Assembly: GCA_965649825.1 (NCBI GenBank)
Contig: OZ287697.1
Coordinates: 1,722,351 to 1,786,350, forward strand
Source of the DNA: Penicillus capitatus
Taxonomy: Eukaryota > Plantae > Chlorophyta
Direction: 5' to 3'
DNA length: 64,000 bases
A program made the position numbers and the translations under genes. The notes under the pieces are model-generated. The model was not told the DNA's origin. It did not search any database and was given only the letters and a program-made list of their open reading frames with translations. This document shows, in pieces, positions 12,838-25,146 of this stretch (position 1 is the stretch's first letter; the number at the start of each line of letters is the position of its first letter).

Positions 12838-14166
12838 ATGGCGGAGGACGAGGGGCCGAAGGACGAGGGTCGGATGCGTTCGCTGTTCGAGAGGGCGTTT
12901 CTCTTCGAACGCCTAATGCCGCTGCTGGACGCCGAAGACCTCCGCCGCTGCCGACTCGTCTGCCGCGGATGGCGCGACGCCTTCAAATCCCTTCCGCTTT
13001 CCCTGCCGACCTCTCGGGATCGCAACATCCGAGAGATCACGCGCAGCTTCCCCGGTGCCGTGGCGATGTCGGTCAAGATCGCCGACGACGAGTTCCCGGC
13101 AGACGTCTTCGCCGAGCTCGTCGCGGCCGAGAACCTTCAACGCCTGTCGGTCAAGTCCTTCCATCCGTGGATCGACGTCCCGGCGGCGACGGCGTACTTT
13201 CCTGAGCTGACCCACCTGCGTCAGCTGTCGCTGAGTTGGTGGAATGAAGACGGATGCCCCACCGTCTACACATCCCTCAACTGTTTCACCAATCTCACGT
13301 CGCTGCAGATCCGGTCGTCGATAGAGGAGACGGACGCATTCGATTTCCTCCGCGACCTACAGCGGCTCAAGGAACTCCGACTACATCTGAGCATCCGCTT
13401 GGAACCCGACGAGGAGATCTCGCTGCCGCCCCTGACGCACATCACCCATCTCGACGTCAACATCGAGCGATGGAGTCACACCGGCGCCTGGAAGACCCTT
13501 GAGGTGACAGCCCCTCGTCGACCTTTCTCCTGCCTGGATCTGCCGTCGTAGTTTGTCCTCGAGTATCGGCACGCGTTGCCGTCTCTGGCGTTTGCCTTTC
13601 CGACGAACCAGGACCTGTTCCACGACATGGTCTGCTTGACGTCCTTCGCCAAACTCAAGCAGCTGCGCGTGTACTCTCACTTCAACAACGCCGTTCTCCA
13701 CAGTGCGACGAATTTTCTGTCGGTCCTCGAGCGCATGAGCCAGTTGACGCATCTGGACTTCGATCTGAAGGCGTGCTCCATCGCGTCTGTTCTTCAGGCG
13801 GTCACGCACCTGACGTCTCTGAAGCGTCTGTCGTGCACGCATGTCTACGGCGTCGGCGCCCGGGGACCGCAACTCGCCCCTCCAGGATTCTCGGCGCTGA
13901 CCCAGCTGACCCGTCTGTGCATGTCCCGGGCGCCGATGCGGCTGTCGCTTCGGGGGTTGACGAATCTGGTGAACCTGGAGATCCGCAACGAAGCGGAGAA
14001 CATCCGCAAGCTCGAGGACAGTCTGGAACAGATGACCCGTCTCCAGAAACTCCACCTCGGATTCAGCGAGAGCTGCGAGATGGTCCTCCCCAGAAGCGTC
14101 CTTGTTCGCCTCAAGGCTCTGAACGACCTGCACCTGAGGGACGCAGAAATCGACGAGGATCTGTGA
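12838..14166 (+). CDS. F-box-like/leucine-rich repeat (RNI-like) protein, 2 exons
   Basis: The N-terminal LFERLMPLLDAEDLRRCRLVCRGW motif is F-box-like and is followed by LxxLxxLxL repeats. A 48-nt GT-AG intron at 13504-13551 joins ORFs 12829..13551 and 13576..14166 in frame. Confidence 0.8.
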
Positions 14167-14594
14167 CGTGCGGAAGGTGCTTGCGTTGACGCCCGTGTTG
14201 CGACATGACGGCGGCGCGGGCGCGTGAACTCCAGCGAAGGCCATTGTTTTGACTCTACGGACGACGACGATCTCCGAGATGTGTCGAGACGTTTTTTGAA
14301 AGAGCAGTCACTCCTTTACGCCTTTCGATGTCGGTTGCGATGTCCGCGCTCTTCGAGTCCATGACGAGATCTCCTTGCGGAATCGCGAAATCGGCGATGC
14401 GTTTGGCCTGTTTCTATGTGCAAATTCGTCATCTTATGTCTTTACATCTTAAGGCGTAACATGTTCGCCCCCTTGAGTATTAATCTGTGTGGCTGGCCAG
14501 GCAGGTTCAGTTCGACCCTTTGAGAGAGGCAGACATTTAATGGTCATTGTTGCGGCCGGATTCCTTGCAACGTTTGAAGTGCATGGAAGGCTCG

Positions 14595-14818
14595 GGCCGA
14601 GAAGGACCGGAAGCAAGAGGGTGATTGGGGAAAGGAGGACAGGATAGGATACTGGGTTAGACGACAAGGCCGAGAAGGACCGGCAGCAAGAGGGTGATTG
14701 GGGAAAGGAGGACAGGATAGGATACTGGGTTAGACGACAAAGCCGAGAAGGACCGGCAGCAAGAGGCCGATTGGGGAAAGGAGGACAGGATACTGGGTTA
14801 GACGACAAGGCCGAGAAG
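14595..14818. repeat. Minisatellite, ~73-bp unit, about 3 copies
   Basis: Units GGCCGAGAAGGACCGG...GGGTTAGACGACAA start at 14595, 14668, 14741 and 14809 (73, 73 and 68 bp). Confidence 0.9.
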
Positions 14819-17356
14819 AAGACCATAAGTGCGGAGCATTCAACAAACATACCGATCATTGCAAACGAGCTGGACGCGCACGAGGACGACAGCCGAAGAA
14901 GACCATGAGCGCGGAGCATTCGATGGACAGGTCGATCATTGCAGAGCAGCTGGAAGCACGCGAAGACGACGGACCAGTATTAGATAGATAGCCCCTCTTA
15001 ATCCATGAAGAGATATGTACTGGTTTAAGGACTTCCTCAAGGATCGAGAGATAAACATGCAAAGCGCGGATGTTGAGCTCGTTGCGGGGATATGACAGCA
15101 GACAGAAAAAGGGAGGGACGCCAGCTCCTCGCCGAGGAAGCTAGAGCTCTTTAGCAACGCCATCGTTGTGGAGAACTTTACTCGGAAGCGGATGAGAAGG
15201 CTTATTCGTCGAGATGTTGGATAAAGATTACGAATTGGCTGTCTTTCAGCACGGCGCGCCCTTGGAGGCGAAGCAAGGGTCGATGTGAAGATGAGGTTAT
15301 TGAAAATTCTGATCCATTAAGAGCCGGATCCTCGCAAGGGCGTTGGCAATTCGAGTTCTCGACGGCAGTTATAGACATTAGGTATCAGGTCGGCAACAAT
15401 TGACGGCCGTTGCTTATTCGCTCGTGCATTGGCACAAGGGTGCTTGACGATTCCTTACAGTTAAAGGTGAAGGATGGTAGAGCTTTAGATGGATGTCGCA
15501 AGATATCCCAACTGCACCAGATCAGTCACCCCGACATCTTGCATTGGAAGGTCCTTAGACTTGACGAGAAGTAACGTTAGCAAGGTGACCAGGACAGGGA
15601 ACATTTGTTTGTGGAACCCGTGTCCGCACAAGCCACGCTGCTGCATTCGCAGACATTTATTACGAAGAGCGGATGGTTCTGCGAAGAAACGACTCGTGGC
15701 GTTTGAACGTTGCCTGCGCTCCCCGGAAGATGAAATGTATACAGCAGCGTAGCGACAGTCTGCGTACAGCGCAAGCGAGGTTGTAGGCTAGAGAAGCACG
15801 ATTGGAAGATACAAACCAAGGAAGACGTGACAGGATGTTTCTACGGATCCGACACTTAGGACTGAGAGACAATATACGATGCGCGAGCTAAAGACGGAGA
15901 CAGTTGCGCGACGGCTTTGCACAGGCGACGTAGGAAGCGATGGCGCTCCGTCCAACTGTCCAAGCGACGAGCTCTCGCTCTGTCACAGTCTCGAGTGCTC
16001 GGTCACGGTGGGCCTAGCAGAACGCCTTCTGCAGAAGCAGAGTGGAGAGTAGACAACGCGTGGCACATGTAGTGCGTCTGTCACTTGTGGCGACGAAGGA
16101 CGCGAACATCGCAGACTGCGTTGGATAGCTCAGCGTACTCGGGCGTGGAGGGATTCTTTCCGCCGCCGCAGCCGAAGACCGTAGCAACAAGACGCGAAGA
16201 AACTTGAAACGCCTTCGATTGTTCGTCGCTGCATCGATCGAAATCGCGTCGACCAGACGACTGACTGCCCAAGAGACAAAACCCGAGCACCATAACGAAG
16301 CGTTCGGCGAAGGCTGAGGGAAGAAGCGCACGAAGGGCGAAGTCGTCTCGGTGTCGGTCGAAGAAGGCCCATCTTGAAGAACCGCGTCTTCTACCAGCGG
16401 ACGGAGGTGTCCGAAGATAGCAAAGGATTCAGAGGGAGAACGAGGGATGGCGGAAGTCGCCTGCGAAGTCCGAGGTGGCTGCCACGTGGAACTCGAACCG
16501 TCGTATTCGCGCTCAGCAGAAACGCGGCATCCGGAGGACGTCGGCGTGTCCAAGAACGAAGTTGAAGGTGCGCAGAACACTGTCCGACGTTGCTGACGTG
16601 TAGCATAGTCGATTGCTCATTGAATGCGCAATGCAGTTGAAGTGAGGACATGTATCGGTGCGCATCTTCGTTCGGCCGACATCTCACAATTTTGCAAGAC
16701 ATTGAGCACCTTTGTTCAGAGCATCAACACAGAGTAGTCGACTGTTGTCGAGCACACCGCTTCTTGGCTCTTGAGATGGTACACCCCAGGCATTCTGTGA
16801 TCTGCGTCAGCAGCGGAGACGCGTGCGTGACGGTATTCGATGTCGCGGACTCAATCGCGAGCATCTCCCTGTTCATTCCAGCTTCCGTCTCGCTTCGGTG
16901 AATGCACGCTGCTCTGGACAACGGCCATCATTCGCTGCGGCGAACAGAACATTCCATCTCGCAGTTAAACAGATGCCTGCGTTCTCTTTGTCTCGTGCGA
17001 AAGACAAAGTGCTTGGTGTTCTTAGCAGGGGGGCATTTCCCTCATCACTCGCGCCCTGCTGGACGATTGAATGCAGCAAGTATGTTGTCCGAGAGGCATG
17101 ATGTGACGTCCCTGAGCTAAAGCGGTATCGCAGAATGAAATAGTCGAAGAACAGAAAGGAACGCGCGTTGCTCAGTCAGGCCAATCAGTCTTTAACGCAG
17201 TCTTAATCGACTGTCGAACAGGACACAACATCTGGATACGGTTGTCCAGTACTTGATACTCGAGAGACTGCAAAGCTCTCCAAATGTGTAGATTCATTCA
17301 TTGATAGAGACCAAGAAAGGAACAGCGTCATGATGGTCTCTCTTCTTGAAACGAAC

Positions 17357-18992
17357 TTATCGCATTGCTTCGTAGGTTCGCAGACACGGAAATCTGCTAA
17401 ACAACACTCGTTCTTCTCCGTCTGGCAGCGTCGGCGATCCAATCGTCAGATGTCTGAGTCGAGGAAATGTCCCGTACCCGAAGAGGCCGAGGATATCGAA
17501 GTCTGGTCTGATGTCTGGGCCGCAACGAAGTCTGAGTTCCTGGAGCTGCGTCAGCAGGACGAACTGCATTCGGAAATCGTTCGGTTTGTTTCGTTTCGAC
17601 ATGCTCCAGAAAAAGAGGCTTGTCAGCTCGGGCAACGTCGCGAGGGTTTGGCAGAGTCGACGATCCACCTCGGTTTCCGTCACCAGCGTCAGCCGTCTCA
17701 GATTCTTCAAGCGACTGAGAACACAGTTCGGAGGAATGCGCAGGTCTTGTTCCATAAACTGCAACTCTGTCAGTTTGGTCATCTGCACGAGCCTCTTGTT
17801 CAGATCCTCGAACGGCTGTGGCAGACGTCTGAGGGAAAGATACACCAGTTCGTCGAGAGTACTGATGCCTCCTCTGATCGATACTCCAGCGAGAGCCAGC
17901 GAAGTCAGGCGCGTCAAGTGCGAGACGCAAACAGAAGCAGTCCTGAACTCAAAGAATGGGGTAATGATCAGACAAAGCGCTTGCAGGTTTGTTAGGGAAC
18001 GAAAGGACTTGTCGCCGATTCTCAGTTCGCTGCCGCGGCCACTAATCTCTAGACCGAGATCTTGCAAACTGACGATGAATTCGACGACAGAAGTGATGCG
18101 ACGAACAGACTCTTGCGACTGCATCCTAGGCACCGACAGCCTGAGCACCTCCAGGTGACCGAAGCGCTGCAGCGGCGCCCACGTTGTCTCGGGAAGAAAG
18201 AACTGCTTCAGATGCAGACTCAGAGACCGGACAGTGCCAGCGTAGCGGGAAGCATCCTGAAGACAGAAGAGCGGTCAGCGAAAGTGGAGCTGGCTGCGAA
18301 GGGCAGCTCACGTCGATCACTGATGCGCATCGCAGACCAGAGTCGTTAACTGTCAGCTTGGTCAGCATCGTCGAAGGAAACATGATCTGATTGCTTCCGT
18401 TTCTCAGCAAGGAGCCAGAAAGACTGACTTCGCAGAGGCCATCGAGCTCCGTCAGCGGGGTCCATGACGACGACTCGACGTCCGATCTCAGAGTGACATC
18501 AAGTCTCTTCAGTCCTGTCAGGGACAACAGCACACTGCGGAAGCCCTCGTACGATTCAACAGTCCCCAGATGCACACCGAGAGAATGCAGCCGAGAGTAC
18601 GTTTCTGAATGAAAGAGCTGAAGATCGCCGTCTGTCCCGTCGCCGAAGTAGTCCAGTCGCTCCAGCCGCTTCATTGAGGTCAGACCGGCGAGCCGCCGGG
18701 CAACGTCGAGATCTTCGGACGGAAAACTGGTTGAACAAGAGAGCTCGACGGCGTTTGGAAAAGCGGTCAGCACGTCAGACACGTGTTCAGGCGGCACCTG
18801 TTGAAGCTTGACGGGCAGAGACTTGCAAACTGCGTCCCATTGTCGACACACGCGACGGTACTCTTGAAGACCGTCGTCGAGAAGACAGCCGAGTACTTTA
18901 TGAAGGAACCAATCCTCTTCGAACAGGAGGCCAATGCAGTTCAGGTGACTGGACTGCGGTCGCCTTTCGCCGGAAACATCACGTTTTGCCAT
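17357..18992 (-). CDS. F-box-like/LRR protein, 2 exons (apparently intact member of the triplicated unit)
   Basis: MAKRDVSGERRP...FLHKVLGCLLDDGLQEYRRVCRQWDAVCKSLP is followed by LRRs. Intron 18257-18311 joins ORF 18126..19268 to 17357..18148 in frame. The start could lie further upstream, up to 19268. Confidence 0.8.
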
Positions 18993-20133
18993 GAGGTGTG
19001 TCGCCGGCTTGGTAGATTGTCTGAGACGTGGTTGTCGTTGCTTTAATGTCGGTGGGCTGTTCGACGGCGCCTCTTGCATGCGAACGCGCCGTTGCGCGCC
19101 AAAAGGTGGTGCGAAAACGGAGGTCGCCGAATGATGCCGTCGCGTCATCGACGTCTGCGCCTCGAGTGCTGACTCATCTGTCATGACAGGAGACTGACCC
19201 GACAGAAGCATGTCTTGACATCGGTCTTTGCGACACAGGACGATGGCTGCCACACAAGCACATTCCAACTGCAGACCTGGTTATTCTCATAGCCAAGCTC
19301 GTCGAGTGAACCGGACCGATTCATTGGATCGCTGTGTAGGTTGCACGAAGACTCACTTCACGCGTTCAGTACGTCCAAAGATGACGAGATTTGTACGAGC
19401 AGCGACAGGAGCGTCTCGTGCTTTAGACGAATTCGCTCTTAAGCGGAAGTGTGCGAACAGGACGAGATAGTGCGCGGAGTGTACCCAGAACATGAGGTCA
19501 GAAAACGCCTTGTCGCATGAGTCTCCGCCAACTTTCCAAATAGAAATGTTCGAACTGGATGTTCGTCTGTGGTACTGGACATCTTCTAAACGTTCGTTCA
19601 TGAGAGGTACGAAGAACTCGATTCCGAATCGACGCTTTGAGCTACAGAGTAAGATGGTGCCTCTAGCCGTTTGTGCGTTGTCGAGACAGAAAGGTTACCA
19701 TCAGGTTGACAGGAAGAAGTCGAAACGCTTTCGAACTGCCATCGCCCGCTCCGCGAATCTGCAACGGTCGAGGCGACCATTCTCGTAAGCGATGGTCGAC
19801 AAACGTCCAGTGTGTACCTGCCCGCTGTCGACTCTAAACAGCTGTATGTTCAAGATAGGCTTCGTTTGTCTACCTCGTCTGCACAGCTCCCGTTTATCCG
19901 AGTAACACTTCAGTGCGAGAACAGACGGTGGATGTGATCACAGCGCGCTGAACAGCGTGTGGATAAAGATGCAATGCTAGACACGTTTGATAGCAGACAC
20001 GTCATGTGTAGTTGCGGTTGCGCCAACGCTAATAACCTCAGTCGTATCAAAAGGAATCTGCTCTGTATGAAAGCCCGTTTTTTGTATCGACTGAGCACAT
20101 TTCAAGAGTCGCAGCAACTCTATTGCAATCAAC

Positions 20134-23100
20134 ATGCCAGCGAAGACCGAGCAAGTTTTTTCCCTCCTTTCGCTTGTGAGCGTTATCTCCGGCGTTGTCG
20201 CCGGAAGCGCGTTAACGGACCTAAGGTTAACGCCCACAAGTCATGCAATGACAACAGCGCCTGCTGGTAAGAGCATGGCGTTACTACTGCTGTCGGCAGC
20301 ACAGTGTTTCGTTTTGGATTGCAGAAGTGGACGACAAGCCTGCCATGCCCGTTCCAATCACCAAATCTGCATCATTCAAGACAGCCCTGTCGCTTCCAGT
20401 ACGTCTACCTTTCGACATAAGCAGTGCGGAGAGGGTCCTCTTTCGACGCCCAGGGAAGAAGCGATGTGCGCACCCTTCGCCAAGTGAACCTAGACGCTGA
20501 GGCGACAGCAGGTTCGTCCCATTCGCAGCCACGTCACGTCATGTCAATGACTGTGTTGTCGTGTTTTGGACAGGGGCCTCCTGTCGTCTTTCAACGGCGC
20601 AGCGTCGCCGTTATCTGAATGCTGCCACGCGAGAGTGGCTGCTCAACTCGGCAGTACTCGAAGAGATAGAGAACGACCTTCAGCTCGTCGTTAACTGTTC
20701 TCGACCGGGAGACGTGCTGCTGCTCGACACTTCAAAAACTATCCGTCCACCCTCTCGCACTGTCATCCCATGGCCACTGACGATACACGGCTACGTCCCG
20801 GGAGGAGAGCAGGACAACGTGGAAATTTCAGCCTCTGAAAAGCGAACCATCCTCACCTGTCCGCAGATGAACGAAGGACTGTTTTCTCTACGGTAAGTGC
20901 ATACTCCACCTGTCCTAACGATGTAACACGTGTCTGTTTTCAGGACCACTGATGTCACTCTAACAGACCTTGTCGTCAAAGGATGCGCGTTTGACGTTTC
21001 CGGAGAGTTGGATTCCATCATCGGCATCGAGGCGTGTGACTCTGAACTCGCTAGCGGAACCATCCGTCTGCATCACATCGGATTCAGAGAGAATCGTTTC
21101 TTTGGCGGAGCAGTCGCCATCCAGGCAAACGCAACAACCTGTTCAAGACTTGAGATCGAAGACTTCGATTTCCACGCGAACGCCTGCATTGGAGTCTGCG
21201 GTCTTGTTCTGGCAAAAGAGAACAGGATTCAGAATCTTTCTATGGAACAGAATCGACTGACATCATCTTTGCATTCCAGATCGGTGCTCGTTTTTGCTCC
21301 TCCTAAGTCCTCGACAGCTGCTGACGGGATCAGGGCTTTCGAGAACAGCTGTCCGATCTTTCAGATAGAAGGCGGTTCCTTCAATCTGTCAAACAGCATC
21401 TTCACGAAGAATTCTTTAACTGGTGTGGAAGACGATTCAATCAGTCCCTGTATCCAGCTCAGCGATGCATCTGTTTCGATCCAAGATAGCAGTTTTGAAA
21501 AGAACGAAGCAAGTTTTGGTGTGGCGATCAATGCACAAGGGTCAAACATTACTCTTAAGGATTGCATGTTTCGGGACAGCGTCGCTGGGATGAATGGGAC
21601 CATCTATCTACGGAATCAAAGTTCCTTGACGATCAACTCCTGTCGTTTTTTGTCAAACAGAGCTGATGGACATGGAGGAGGAATCTATTCGAATTACTCA
21701 ACCATTACTGCATGGGAAATGACTGCTGATGGAAACTGTGCTGTATCTGGAGGTGGCAGTATATCGATTACTTCAACATCCAATCTCACCGTGCATAACT
21801 CAGTATTCAAGAATGGTACCAGTCTTAGAGGAGGGGCAGTGGAACAGAGTGAGAACTCTGTGGGAAGATTCGTCGATGTGACCTTCGTTAACAATTCGGT
21901 CAATGAGGCAGGAGGATCCGTCTCTGCGAATAACGCAACTGTGGCTATTTACAACTCAAGATTCAGGGAGGGTGGTGTCACTCCAGGCTTTCGCATTGTG
22001 GCAGGTGGCTTTCTCTCCGCTACTCATAACAGCTCGGTTTTCGTAAAAAATACATCAATGATACATGGATCTGCAAAAGTGGGTGGTGCAATCGGTTTGA
22101 CGGAGTCCATTTTCGCAGCAAAGGACTTAAATGCGTCAAGTTGCGTAGCAAGTAATACTGGTGGAGCAGTGAACGCAATGAATTCTGAATTTCTCTGCAC
22201 AAACTGTTTGTTTGCTGAGAACATTGCCAACGGATTTGAAGGTCGTGGGGGTGGCGCCATCTCAGTCGATAGACAATGGCGTCACAAATCTATCATTCAA
22301 CTAAGAAAGAGCAAAATTCTGAAGAATAATGGGCCATTCGGAGGTGAATCTACTGAAATCGTGGATTGGGATTAATTGCAGTCGTTTGCTTTGCAGGGGG
22401 GCTTTATTTAGGCGAGCCATACTTTCCACGCTGCTTAGAGAACGGATACGAGTGCAACGCTGCAGCGATTATTGACACCCAGTTTGAGGAAAACAGGGCC
22501 ACCTTCGCTGGAGGAGCAATTTTTACGGAACACATGGAGATCATCAGATTCCAGTGCAATTCGTCGTCCAAGAATGGCAATCTGACGTTCACTGAAAAGA
22601 CAGATTGGAGCTTTTTGCATCCTATTACTTCCGAAGAGCTCCTCTGTCCTGCATGGAGAAACAATTCCGCCAGTTTTGCTGGGTATGGGCACATTGTCGG
22701 TTCATATGCCACGATGGCAAAGATGACTGTCGAGTACAAGGGAGAAAAGACAGAAGTCTTGACTGGGGGAGGATTCGAAGTTCAAGACTATGTCGGTGGC
22801 AACCAGCTGCCAACGCTGTCAGTGGAATTAATAGATGCACTGAAGCAAGGTCCGGCTACCATCGACTCCTTTAATGAGAGAATCAGCGCTACATTGTCGA
22901 CATCAGAAGGGTTTCGAGTCGGTGATGTTTCTATGCTTGTGGCACAACGAGTTGCCAAGTTTCCTCTTCTAATCGGTTTTGGATTACCGGGCGTCTACAA
23001 CATCACGATCACATTTTCGGATCAAGACAGCACTCTCGATGGCGCCTTTTACTTCAATGAATTCATTGATCCATTTATCATCACCGTCCATGTGCGAAAC

Positions 23101-25146
23101 TGCACTATTGGTGAAATGCCTGTCGGTGAGACGAAGATCTGCAGCAACTGCAGCACTTCTACCTACAACTTCGATCCTGAAGAAGAAGAGTGTCAGCCCT
23201 GTCCCGAGAATGGCAACTGCACGACAAGAGTGATCATTCCAAAGGCTGGGTACTGGCATGCGTCACCCTGCTCAGTCAACATTACGAGGTGCCTGACATC
23301 TTATGCATGCAAATTTGACAACCGCGTTGAGATATTGACAAACCTGACAAGAGACATGAAGAACTGCAGCATCAACGCTACCACGATTGAAGAGTATCAG
23401 AAAGAACAGTGTGCCGAGGCAAGTGATTGGTCACGACAAATCCGATCTTCTGAGTCTTTGTGTTCTGGGATTCAGGGTCACACTGGTCCTCTCTGTGGAG
23501 CATGCGACGCCTCTTATGGATCCTCCGTGTCTTCTGAATGCGAAGAATGCCCAACGGCATTTGGGAACATCGTGATCGTCAGCGTTTCAGCGTTGATCCT
23601 TCTTGGGTTGGCCGGCATTACTATTAGAGGAACACTGAATACCTTCAGCAGCAGACGGGCGATGCTTAGCGGCCATAGAAGAATTCCCCGCAGCATTCAG
23701 CTCAGAGATCTTTCGCTTCCATCTGAGGAAGAAGTCTCTGAAATACAGGCGTCTCAGGAGGATTCAGCCATGCTCCAAGATACAGATGGACTACAGAAAA
23801 GTGTGTCCGTCGCCGAAGTGACTCTGGGACAGTGGAAAGCGGTCGAGATGTTCAAAGTATAAAGTTCTCTATTTTTTGCGGAAGTGACAATTTTTGTTGC
23901 AGATAATGTTGAACTACATTCAGATGACAGTATTGATCGCATCACTGGATGTCGGATGGGCTGTCCCTATTCTTGTCATGGCAAAGATTACAGGTACACA
24001 GCTGCGAAAGCTGTTGATCTGTGTCTAACCCTCATCGTTGTGTGCTGTGCAGAGTTCCTTGGAGGACTCGCAGTGGATAGCATCCGACGTTCTGTGGTTT
24101 GTTTTGGCGGAGAGAACCAGTCACTGCATCCAACCGCATGGGCCTTTATCGTGAGTGTCTGTCTTGTTCCTGCATCTGTGTTCCTGCTGCTTGTGGTGTT
24201 CTGGATCACAATTGCACTCTTTCATCAAATCCGTCGTCCGATCCGCTACGTCATGCAAAGATCTCTGCTGTCTCTAATGGTTCTCTGGTATGTCACTTCC
24301 GTCCCAGTGATTAAGACGACTCTGAGCACAGTCCTTTGTGTCGACGCCTACAATGTTCTGGATGCGACGCCGGAGAAAGATGGCGAGAACAGCGACGTAA
24401 CGAAAGGAGAGATGGTCAGCTACTGGGCAGTTGACACAAGTCTGAAGTGCTTCGAAGAGGATCACCGGAGGCTGGTGGTTCTGATCATCTCGTTCGTCAG
24501 CCTTGTCTACGGCGGGCTGCTGATCGCCTTCATCGCCGTCCTTGGGTCCTCGGGAGAGCAGCTGAAAGACACAGACAGTTGGATCTACCAGACAATGGGA
24601 TTCCTGTATCGGAGCTACGGACACGGCCGTCGTCGCTACTGGGAGGTTGCTATAGTGGCACGGAAGGCTGGGGTAGCCTTTCTGGTGTTTTGCAGTCATC
24701 GCTTCGACAGCTCGCTGCCCATCGTCGGAGCTGCCGTCTTCCTGACGCTTGTCGTGAGTGTGCAGATTGTGGCGCTACCTTACAGGGACAGTTTCGACGA
24801 GCTAAACAAGATCGACATATTCTCTCTTTTCGTGTCGCTTTTAACGACACTTCTTGCAGCCATGATGAGGAGTGAGAGTCTTGCCATTGATGCTGGTCGC
24901 CTAGCTATTTCAATCCTGTGTGTTATTGTTAACATCACGACTCTCATCGTTTTTATTTCTTTTCTGTTCGGTTACTTTATTGCCTACGTTAGACTCTCCC
25001 TGAGAGAGAACGGAACGACAGTGGATTCCAATGCCAGTAGGCTCCATATCCTGAAGATCTGGTTGTTCTCTAACATTCAGAGTCTGGCTGTTTTCCTTGG
25101 CGTTTCCAAATCCGATGACAATTCGAGTATCTGTTCTGGCATATGA
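20134..25146 (+). CDS. Pmp-like beta-helix / Cys-rich / multi-TM protein (unit 1 copy), multi-exon
   Basis: Signal-like MPAKTEQVFSLLSLVSVISGVVAGS. Exonic ORFs 20561..20896, 20930..22375, 22366..23862 and 23884..25146 carry GGA/FxxN repeats, CQPCPENGNC, GHTGPLCGAC and a TM domain with YWEVAIVARK. Confidence 0.85.

Noticed and set aside
15000-17300. Short ORFs in intergenic tracts (also 25200..30000 and 44050..45800)
   Set aside because: They show no homology to anything in the window, no recognisable motifs and no convincing splice pattern. Undetected relics cannot be excluded.
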